43,596 nt of DNA, from the NCBI GenBank assembly GCA_048884785.1, contig JBHLQM010000024.1, positions 1 through 43,596 of the forward strand. The letters are read 5' to 3'. How positions within the stretch are numbered: the stretch's first letter is position 1; every line of letters starts with the position of its first letter. The translations under genes were made by a program, and so were the position numbers. The notes under the pieces were generated by a model. It was not told the origin of the DNA and did not search any database. It saw only the letters and a list, made by a program, of their open reading frames with translations. Origin of the DNA: Candidatus Thorarchaeota archaeon (GTDB taxonomy: Archaea; Asgardarchaeota; Thorarchaeia; Thorarchaeales; Thorarchaeaceae). This document shows positions 8,723 through 16,293 of the stretch, one piece after another.

Positions 8723-8864
8723 ACCCAAGGGAGGCATAATGCGTGATTTGCAACTCCGGATTCTAACTGTTGCATATCTCATAGTGATTCTCCTCACACC
8801 CGCACTCTATGAGGCCTTCTAACCCAAGGTGGGATTATAGCATGCTGTGCATGCCTCCCTGGGT
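8723..8864 (+). promoter_or_regulatory. Fold-back RNA structure sequestering the SD of a micro-ORF
   Basis: ACCCAAGGGAGGCAT (8723-8737) pairs with ATGCCTCCCTGGGT (8851-8864): 14 bp with one bulged A. Internal stems TGCAAC/GTTGCA (8749-8774) and CTCATAG/CTATGAG (8778-8813). Confidence 0.65.
8739..8822 (+). CDS. 27-aa hydrophobic single-TM peptide (candidate type I toxin or leader peptide)
   Basis: GGGAGG SD (8729-8734) just before ATG 8739; MRDLQLRILTVAYLIVILLTPALYEAF*. It is the 3' half of track ORF 8637-8822. Confidence 0.6.
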   Translation: MRDLQLRILTVAYLIVILLTPALYEAF

Positions 8865-8960
8865 CCTACTCATTTCTTGAAAAACTTGGCATTACTTGCG
8901 GTTTCATACATATTGGAAATGCTTTTCATTCGATTAAGCACTTCCAACCGAGAGGAGAGA

Positions 8961-10709
8961 TTGATGTTTCTCACGCGCACTGAAGAATATCCCCTTGATC
9001 AGATCATTGACGTTGCTGCAGGCCGAACGCGTGCAGAGGTGGTTCTCAAAAATGCCAATGTTGTCAATGTTTTCAGCAATGAAATCATTGAGGGCGATGT
9101 TGCTATACATCGTGGCTTTATTGCTGGCGTTGGAGAATATGTAGGTAATCAGGTATATGACCTCGATGGAAAATATGTTGCTCCCTCATTTATTGATGGT
9201 CATGTCCATGTAGAATCTTCAATGGTAATGCCAATTCAATATGCACGTGCTGTTGTACCACACGGAACTGGTGCTGTTGTAGCCGACCCTCATGAGATTG
9301 CAAATGTGCTTGGTATGGAGGGAATTATGTACATGAGCAAGAGTATGCGCGGAGGCCCTCTGGAATTCTACATAATGCTTCCATCATGTGTTCCTTCGAC
9401 CGATATGGAAACAAATGGAGTTACACTTGATTTCCTTGATATAAAGCCATTAATGACCGAACACTATGTATTGGGACTTGCTGAAGCCATGAATTATCCC
9501 GGAGTGATTTTTAAGGATCCGGAAATTCTTGAAAAGATACAGGTTTCATTGAAGATGGGCAAGAGGATTGATGGACATGCACCTGATATTTCTTCATATG
9601 ATTTGAATGCCTACGCGGCAGCTAGAATATCTTCAGAGCACGAATGCACATCACTTGAGGAAGCGAAGAAAAAGCTCAGAGTTGGAATGCACATTCATAT
9701 TCGAGAAGGCTCTACGGCCAAAAACCTCAGAGACCTTGTTGGAATTGTGACTCCTGAGTCTGCAATGTTTTGCAGCTTCGTAACTGACGATAGAAACACA
9801 CTGGACTTAATCACCAAAGGTCATCTTGACAGTATGATTCGGGATGCAATTGGTTATGGCCTTGATCCTATTTTGGCAATCAAAGTCTGCACACTCTCTA
9901 CCGCCAGTCACTATGGGCTTCAATACCTAGGCGCAGTTGCCCCGGGATATCATGCCGATGTTGTAGTTCTTGATTCACTAGACAAAATTGGAGTCGAGAT
10001 GGTCTTCAAACAGGGAACATTGGTAGCTCAGAATGGGAAACTCGTTGGCGATTTTGGGGTTCAAGAGCAACCTCGTTTGAGGCGTTCAGTGAATATTCAT
10101 TGGCTAGAGCCAGAGGATTTTCAGGTAAAAGCCACTGCCGGCCAAATGAATGTCATTGGAATTATTCCAGATCAGATTATAACGAATAGATTGATAGAGG
10201 ATACAAAGACCGCAGATGGATTGGCAGTTCCTGACATTGACAGAGATATCTCAAAAATTGCTATCATTGAACGTCATAACGCAACCCCTCCGAAAGGTAT
10301 TGGTTTTGTTAAGGGATTAGGTATCAAAGATGGAGCAATGGTTTCTTCTATTGCGCATGATAGCCACAATATTGTTGTAGTTGCAACAAATGATGAAGAC
10401 CTAATTGCCGCCGCCGTTCAGGTTGTTAGAATGCAAGGCGGTATTGCAGTAGTTCAAGGAGGAGAAGTTATGTCTTCCCTTCCTCTTCCAATTGCTGGTC
10501 TTATGTCTGATCAGCCATTAGAAAATGTAAGTGAGAAGCTTGTTGAATTGAAGGAGGCTGCCAAGAAGCTTGGTAGCACTCTGAATGAGCCCTTTATGAC
10601 AATGGCATTTCTCTCTCTACCAGTAATACCCAAATTAAAGATAACAGACAAAGGGCTTGTGGATGTTGACCGCTTCCGTTTCATAGATCTCTTTGATACG
10701 AGTGAATAG
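8961..10709 (+). CDS. ade: Adenine deaminase
   Basis: PSFIDGHVHVESSM, VADPHEIANVLG, LAEAMNYPGV, IDGHAP, IREGSTAKNL, VTDDR, AHDSHN and FLSLPVIP; GAGGAG SD before TTG 8961/ATG 8964. Confidence 0.96.
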   Translation: MMFLTRTEEYPLDQIIDVAAGRTRAEVVLKNANVVNVFSNEIIEGDVAIHRGFIAGVGEYVGNQVYDLDGKYVAPSFIDGHVHVESSMVMPIQYARAVVPHGTGAVVADPHEIANVLGMEGIMYMSKSMRGGPLEFYIMLPSCVPSTDMETNGVTLDFLDIKPLMTEHYVLGLAEAMNYPGVIFKDPEILEKIQVSLKMGKRIDGHAPDISSYDLNAYAAARISSEHECTSLEEAKKKLRVGMHIHIREGSTAKNLRDLVGIVTPESAMFCSFVTDDRNTLDLITKGHLDSMIRDAIGYGLDPILAIKVCTLSTASHYGLQYLGAVAPGYHADVVVLDSLDKIGVEMVFKQGTLVAQNGKLVGDFGVQEQPRLRRSVNIHWLEPEDFQVKATAGQMNVIGIIPDQIITNRLIEDTKTADGLAVPDIDRDISKIAIIERHNATPPKGIGFVKGLGIKDGAMVSSIAHDSHNIVVVATNDEDLIAAAVQVVRMQGGIAVVQGGEVMSSLPLPIAGLMSDQPLENVSEKLVELKEAAKKLGSTLNEPFMTMAFLSLPVIPKLKITDKGLVDVDRFRFIDLFDTSE

Positions 10710-10716
10710 TGTCCAC

Positions 10717-11553
10717 CTACCATATTCCTTTGTCAGCTCTGAGTCCCAGAAGGAGGCGTGCCTCTTCCAGTTGCTTCCGTTTCTTAAAGCCTGTTCGGAT
10801 TGCCATAATAGCTCCGACAAAGACAAGAAGTGTTGCAAACATGAATGCTGCAACCAATATCATGAGGTAGTACGGATTGGGGAAATAGAGTAGCCTAAAG
10901 ACCAATCCCCTAAAGACCAATAACACGACCTCGATGGCCAAGAAGAAGAAAAGCAATAATCCTGCGCCCAGTTGTCTTTCATGGACGTACACTTGAAGAG
11001 CTGTTTGCAGCAACATGGCAGAAAGGAAGTTCCCAATGATATTCAGCACAATCACCTGATCCCCTCTAAAGAACCAATAGGGTATGTTAGATGGCTCAGC
11101 TTGACCCCAAGGTGTCAAATACTGAATGTAGAGCATTGATATGATGAAAATGAGCTCGAAAACCATCATTGTTATAGCGCCAAGGCCGCTGACTCTTAGG
11201 ATACTGTTATCGACACTATCTGCCCAATCCATGTTTGTGTGTTTCTGATATTCAGGGTTTATCAGAGGTGCCCAAGTGCTTTCTGCAACACATGATTTCT
11301 TCGTGCAATTGACTATTGTAAACAGTTTTCCTCCATAGTTTCCAACTCTCTTTTCAATGCATTTCTCGCAAATCAGGTCTCCACATACATTGCAAACTGC
11401 TTTTGCGAGAGTACCAGAGTGTCTAACACAATCACGACTCTGACTTTTCCCGAGAATTGGGCTCGCACAGTATGGACATCGTGTCACACTATCCTTAGTG
11501 ATAAAAGGCACCTCACCACCGCAGACTGGACAAAGGATTTTTTCGCCACTCAT
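10717..11553 (-). CDS. Zinc-ribbon plus B-box-type zinc finger membrane protein (4 C-terminal TM helices)
   Basis: CPVC...CPYC, then CVRHSGTLAKAVCNVCGDLICEKC...CTKKSC; hydrophobic C-terminal half. Confidence 0.75.
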   Translation of the reverse strand: MSGEKILCPVCGGEVPFITKDSVTRCPYCASPILGKSQSRDCVRHSGTLAKAVCNVCGDLICEKCIEKRVGNYGGKLFTIVNCTKKSCVAESTWAPLINPEYQKHTNMDWADSVDNSILRVSGLGAITMMVFELIFIISMLYIQYLTPWGQAEPSNIPYWFFRGDQVIVLNIIGNFLSAMLLQTALQVYVHERQLGAGLLLFFFLAIEVVLLVFRGLVFRLLYFPNPYYLMILVAAFMFATLLVFVGAIMAIRTGFKKRKQLEEARLLLGLRADKGIW

Positions 11554-11557
11554 TTCA

Positions 11558-13036
11558 TCATCTCCTAAATAGGCCCTCTGGATGTGCCACCTTGTGTTGC
11601 TGCGGATCTCGATATCTTTCGGATGAATCCCATGTTCGGGTTGTTTCCCTTAGCGTTGATTCCTTCTTGTCAGCTGGTCGTCCGAGTTCAATTCCTCTCT
11701 CTCGCGCTTCTTGAAGGGAAACGAAATCTGTTCGCCGTATTATCTTCACGGCTTCAATCGTTACTCCAACCAATCCCGCATAGAACAGAATCGGAATGAT
11801 AACAATTCCTGCAAGCAAAAGCGCGATTCCAACTAGAATGGGGATGGCAATAATGATAAGAATTATGACAAGGATGCCTGCTGCAGCATCATCTCCTCCT
11901 TTTCCACCGCCTTTTCCCCCTGATTTTCCCATGCTGGATAGAAGTCTAAGCGAGAAGTATAGAACCCACTTCATGATTCCTCCATAGGCACGAAGGAATT
12001 TTGCATAGAGTTGACCTAGTTTTGAGAATCTGCCCCCTGCTTTCCCAAATAGTGAATCTATTGGAATGACAAGAGATGAAGTAGTTACTGCAGGACGATA
12101 CCTTCCTTCGAAACATTTCTGGCAGAGAAACACGGTTGAACCTTCCCATCTTGCATCGACAGGCGGCTCCTGAGCTGTTAAGCATCTTCTGCAGTAGTGT
12201 TCTCCGCATACTGAACAGCTTGTGGCTGCCAAATATTCAGGATGATTCAGGCAAGGAACAAAAACTCCACTTAGTGCCAAATGGACACCGCAATAGTCAC
12301 AGTGCAATGTGTTATCACGTTCTACTTTGGTAAACGGAGTGGCTCCTCCACAATTTGAGCAAAGTATTGCCATTCCTTCTTCGGATATAATCTTCCTTAC
12401 TCCAAGGATTCTTTTTCCTTCTTCCTCGCTTAGTTCTGTATATCCATCGGGAGCCAACATTCGAGGAGAAAGTGGAGATGGCACTACTCCGCGTTCAATT
12501 AGCCTTGCTCTAACCTTATCGCGAACGATTTTGGTGCCAGGTGGCGGTGCAACTCTTGTCCAATTGGTCACAAGGTATGCAGCAAAAGCAAGCTGAATTC
12601 CTAAAATTCCTGTTGCAAGATTGCCGATATATACATCAAGAGTAATGTTGAACAACGGGAAGGTCCAAAGGTAGCCAATTCCATATACCCACAGGAATAG
12701 TCCCGTGATGATCACTGCCAATAGGCTATAGAAAATTTGAGCTGCAACAGCACCTCTCCTCAGGTCGTCCACGAAATTTCCTATCACAAGACTGGGAAGC
12801 CCAATTCCAACAAAAACTAAGAGTGCATAGGTATATCCCACATCTACAAGTTGTGGATTGCCCATAAGTGTGGCGACCAAAAGTCCCAGAGCTGCAATAA
12901 TTCCAATTAAGCCAACTAACATCTGAAAGAGTCCGATGATTCGAAGGGCTCTTGGTCTATCATAGATGGTATCCATCTGGGTTGTGTTTGCCAATCCTCT
13001 CACCATGCATGTCCATTGTTGACTAGGTGATACCAA
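11558..13036 (-). CDS. Multi-TM protein with internal zinc ribbon plus B-box-type zinc finger
   Basis: Four N-terminal TM helices; CSNC...CDYC; CLNHPEYLAATSCSVCGEHYCRRC...CQKC; Gly/Lys linker and a long hydrophobic hairpin. Confidence 0.75.
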   Translation of the reverse strand: MVSPSQQWTCMVRGLANTTQMDTIYDRPRALRIIGLFQMLVGLIGIIAALGLLVATLMGNPQLVDVGYTYALLVFVGIGLPSLVIGNFVDDLRRGAVAAQIFYSLLAVIITGLFLWVYGIGYLWTFPLFNITLDVYIGNLATGILGIQLAFAAYLVTNWTRVAPPPGTKIVRDKVRARLIERGVVPSPLSPRMLAPDGYTELSEEEGKRILGVRKIISEEGMAILCSNCGGATPFTKVERDNTLHCDYCGVHLALSGVFVPCLNHPEYLAATSCSVCGEHYCRRCLTAQEPPVDARWEGSTVFLCQKCFEGRYRPAVTTSSLVIPIDSLFGKAGGRFSKLGQLYAKFLRAYGGIMKWVLYFSLRLLSSMGKSGGKGGGKGGDDAAAGILVIILIIIAIPILVGIALLLAGIVIIPILFYAGLVGVTIEAVKIIRRTDFVSLQEARERGIELGRPADKKESTLRETTRTWDSSERYRDPQQHKVAHPEGLFRR

Positions 13037-13054
13037 CGTTTAGCCTTTTACTTT

Positions 13055-13984
13055 TTATGCCTCTTGTTGACTCCCGTCTTCCTTACTCGGATAATTTATG
13101 ATGGATACTCCCGCAATAACCAGTATAAGACCGACAATAAATGTCCAATAGATCGGTTCCTGCAATATCAAGACCGATAGAAATGTGCCAAACACAGGGA
13201 CGAAATTGATGAATCCCCCGGTTCTGGAGGCCCCCAATTTTCTGATTCCGATGAAGAATAATAGGAATCCAACAAATGTTGTGAACGCACCTAGGAAGAA
13301 AACATTCCACCAGAAGTTAAGATTTGAGTAGAACTGAAGAGTCCATGGCTGTTCAGCAATTGATGCAACCCCGAACAGAAGAACGCCTACCAACGCGCCA
13401 CCAGCATTTGCTTCAAGAGGTGTCATCTCTTTCATAGCTTGCTTCGCAATAGAAGAGTACAAGCCCCACAAAATCATAGCACCCAAAATGATAACGTTGC
13501 CCAGCAGATATTCAGGTTTGTAGTCAATCAATGCCTGTATTCCTACAACAAAAACCACGCCTATGAAGCTAATACCAAATCCTGTGTATTTCCACTTTGG
13601 ATTAAACCGCTCCTTATGGAGAATATGAGCAAACAGGCTTATAGTGACCGGATTGAATCCTGCAATTATGGAGCCTTGTGCGGCAGTCGTGAAGTTCATA
13701 CCGACAAGAAACATGACGCCATAGCCAAAGATGCCCGTTAAGCCGAGAAGAAACAACCACTTGATGCGAGACCTTGTAAACAGCTCTCGAGGCGAAAACC
13801 CTGTTGCCAGCAGCAATGCGAAGAACAAGATAGCCCCAATTAGGAATCGAAAGAAGCCTATGGTCATTGGTGGTGCAATTGCTACCAGAATTTTTGCAGA
13901 AACCCAGGAAGCTCCCCAAGTGAATGTTGCTATGATCAGAAGCCAATAATACCTGAACCTGCTTTCGGCCATAGCAAAGCACAT
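13055..13984 (-). CDS. DMT/EamA-family transporter
   Basis: TWGASWVSAK, FFRFLIG, two EamA repeats, INFVPVFG...ILQEPI. Confidence 0.92.
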   Translation of the reverse strand: MCFAMAESRFRYYWLLIIATFTWGASWVSAKILVAIAPPMTIGFFRFLIGAILFFALLLATGFSPRELFTRSRIKWLFLLGLTGIFGYGVMFLVGMNFTTAAQGSIIAGFNPVTISLFAHILHKERFNPKWKYTGFGISFIGVVFVVGIQALIDYKPEYLLGNVIILGAMILWGLYSSIAKQAMKEMTPLEANAGGALVGVLLFGVASIAEQPWTLQFYSNLNFWWNVFFLGAFTTFVGFLLFFIGIRKLGASRTGGFINFVPVFGTFLSVLILQEPIYWTFIVGLILVIAGVSIINYPSKEDGSQQEA

Positions 13985-14061
13985 CCTGTAAAGCCTCGGC
14001 TAATTCAGTTCCTGTATTAAATTGACCTATCCGGCAAGAGTGTCTATGTAATAACGAAGGA

Positions 14062-14094
14062 TTCATATACAGTTGTGCAAGACTTATGCACAAT
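14062..14094 (+). promoter_or_regulatory. TATA box followed by palindromic operator TTGTGCA-N7-TGCACAA
   Basis: TTCATATA at 14062-14069, then GTTGTGCA-AGACTTA-TGCACAAT at 14072-14094; same layout as 6391-6423. Confidence 0.7.
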
Positions 14095-14112
14095 CGCGGA
14101 GGAAAAGCCCAA

Positions 14113-14532
14113 TTGGAAGATGAACTAGCGGAAATTCGCCGCAGGAAAACCGAGGCATTGATGCGGCAGGCTCAGGCACCACCTATAGTTGAGCCAATGG
14201 GTAATGGGGTGGTTAATCCATTGACCGATGATACGTTCTGGCTAATGGTACAGAAAACCAAGACCGCCTTTATTGATTTTTACGGCGAGTGGTGCCAGCC
14301 ATGCAAGATGTTGGCTCCAATATTCCGGGAATTGGCCAAGGACTATCAGGGAAAGGCCTTCTTTGGGAAAATCGATACTGATAGGAACCCGAGAATCACA
14401 GCTCAATTTGGCGTTCAATCGGTTCCAATGGTCATTGTATTCCGAAAGGGATTACCTGTTGGACAATTGGCTGGCTTGAGGACATACAATGATTATGACC
14501 TAATCCTTGAGAAGCTTGTAGCCGCACAATAA
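14113..14532 (+). CDS. trxA: Thioredoxin with N-terminal charged helix
   Basis: IDFYGEWCQPCK, FGVQSVPM; GGAGGA SD before TTG 14113. Confidence 0.9.
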   Translation: MEDELAEIRRRKTEALMRQAQAPPIVEPMGNGVVNPLTDDTFWLMVQKTKTAFIDFYGEWCQPCKMLAPIFRELAKDYQGKAFFGKIDTDRNPRITAQFGVQSVPMVIVFRKGLPVGQLAGLRTYNDYDLILEKLVAAQ

Positions 14533-14632
14533 CTATACTTTGTGTTTACTCTTCACTCGGAGAAAATGAGTGGAATAGCCAAATAGTAGTAAAGTAGGGA
14601 CGGTGGCTATCAACTTTCAAAGGCTACGTAAA

Positions 14633-15487
14633 ATGAAGTATGGTGTATACCCCTATTGTTTCCTATATGGAAATGGAAGCAAGGGAATAGATTTCCATGT
14701 AGACCTTGCATTAGCTGCAGAAGATGCAGGGTGGGATGGGTTCTTCATATGGGACCACATCTGGGCATGCTGGAATGGCACTATGGGAATGGTGGATCCG
14801 TGGATGGCATTGGCTGCTGTCGCTGCTAAAACTGAAGAGATTAAGATAGGTCCTATGGTCACACCAATTGCCCGTAGGAGACCCTCAAAACTTGCAAGAG
14901 AAACCGCTTCACTTGACCAGCTCTCAAACGGTCGATTAATCATGGGTGTAGGTCTTGGAGGATCCTCAGAGGAGTTCAATCACTTCGGCGACACCGCTGA
15001 TCCAATAATTCGAGGCGAGATGCTAGACGAGGGGCTCGAAGTCCTTACGGGTCTCTGGAGTGGTGAGCCATTCTCTTTTGAAGGAAAGTACTATCAGCAG
15101 AAGGAAGTAACATTTCTCCCAAAACCCGTCCAGAAGAAGATCCCAATCTGGGTTGCAGGCAACTGGCCCAAGAAAGCACCTTTCAAAAGAGCAGCACGAT
15201 ATGATGGAGTATTTCCTCTTGAGGAGGGGGATGAAGGGCTATCCATTGAGGGATTGAAGAATGTACTATCTATCATCGAGAATGAAAGAGGTAACCTCCT
15301 GAACTATGATGTAGTGGTTTCAGGTGACACTACAGGTAATAACACAAAGGAAGACGCTGAGAAGATTCAGATATGCACTGATGCAGGAATGACTTGGTGG
15401 CTTGAGTATCTCATAGATTGGCCAAATTGGGGAAAGACTCCTGAAGATCTAATGAAACGCGTCAAGCAGGGACCACCTGAACTGTAG
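14633..15487 (+). CDS. Luciferase-like (LLM) flavin- or F420-dependent oxidoreductase
   Basis: AEDAGWDGFFIWDH, DPWMALAAVA, RRRPSKLARETASLDQLSNGRLIMGVGLG, PKPVQKKIPIWVAG. Confidence 0.92.
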   Translation: MKYGVYPYCFLYGNGSKGIDFHVDLALAAEDAGWDGFFIWDHIWACWNGTMGMVDPWMALAAVAAKTEEIKIGPMVTPIARRRPSKLARETASLDQLSNGRLIMGVGLGGSSEEFNHFGDTADPIIRGEMLDEGLEVLTGLWSGEPFSFEGKYYQQKEVTFLPKPVQKKIPIWVAGNWPKKAPFKRAARYDGVFPLEEGDEGLSIEGLKNVLSIIENERGNLLNYDVVVSGDTTGNNTKEDAEKIQICTDAGMTWWLEYLIDWPNWGKTPEDLMKRVKQGPPEL

Positions 15488-15636
15488 TGATTGTGTAAGG
15501 ATCTTGTACAACCCAATTAGCTGATAATCGAAGAAAACTACCCGCAGTGCAATAATCTGGTTTACCATGTCGCCTTCTATGTTCCTTCTTGATTGGTCCA
15601 GCTTAATGGTTTTATTGCCAATAAGATGTGCATGTA

Positions 15637-16284
15637 TCAACGATACTTCTTTACGATACTTAGGAATTTCTTGACGTTCTCTGTTACTATCTCGTACCTG
15701 CCTTCCTGTATCGCCTTCTTATCAGTTATTGCGCCTCCGACACCTAATGCAAATGCTCCGGCTTCAAGCATTGGTCCTGCTGTTTCCAGATCTACTCCAC
15801 CTGTAGGTATCAAAGGAATGTGAGGAAGAGGAGCTCGAATAGCCTTCAAGTATTCTGCACCACCAACATTTCCTGCCGGGAAGACTTTCACTGCATCCGC
15901 TCCAAGAATATAGGCTTCTAAAATTTCTGTGGGTGTGAGTGCTCCAGGAAAACAGGGTTTCGCATATCTACGACACATTTCAATCAGTTCCCTTGAGTAT
16001 GATGGACTAACCACGAAATCTGCACCGGCAAGAATAGCGCGTCTAGCAGTGTCTCCATCGAGTACTGTTCCGGTTCCCAACAGAACCTTATCTCCCAGCT
16101 TCTGTGATAGTTCTTCTACAACCTTAATAGCACCTGGAACACTGAAGGTTACTTCAATTATGTTTACGCCGCCATCAAGGAAGGCATCTGCTACCTTATG
16201 GGCCACTGCCGCTGATTCAACTCTAATAATGGGAATGAGACCCGTTCTGTATACTTGATTCATTGCATCTTCTTTATCCCACAT
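15637..16284 (-). CDS. eda: KDPG/KHG aldolase (bacterial Eda type)
   Basis: IPIIR, IIEVTF, LGTGTVL, GADFVVSP, PGALTPTEI, VKVFPA (Schiff-base Lys), PTGGV. Confidence 0.93.
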   Translation of the reverse strand: MWDKEDAMNQVYRTGLIPIIRVESAAVAHKVADAFLDGGVNIIEVTFSVPGAIKVVEELSQKLGDKVLLGTGTVLDGDTARRAILAGADFVVSPSYSRELIEMCRRYAKPCFPGALTPTEILEAYILGADAVKVFPAGNVGGAEYLKAIRAPLPHIPLIPTGGVDLETAGPMLEAGAFALGVGGAITDKKAIQEGRYEIVTENVKKFLSIVKKYR

Positions 16285-16293
16285 TTCATAACC

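Noticed and set aside
8637-8738. N-terminal 34 codons of the 61-aa track ORF
   Set aside because: No SD at 8637, whereas ATG 8739 has a strong one; the upstream part looks like structured leader.
8723-8864. Canonical purine riboswitch upstream of ade (CATAATGCGTGAT...TTCTAAC superficially resembles the xpt aptamer)
   Set aside because: There is no CACGC partner for a P2 stem and no P3/L3 CCGTAAA loop, and the element is too long. A non-canonical cis-regulator remains possible.
8533-8870. FMN, TPP or cobalamin riboswitch on the minus strand for the ECF S-component
   Set aside because: None of the consensus cores is recognisable, and a TATA-like element at about 8593-8599 lies between the structure and the ECF start.
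8847-8960. N-terminal extension of ade in the ORF track
   Set aside because: SD position and family-like sequence place the start at 8961/8964.
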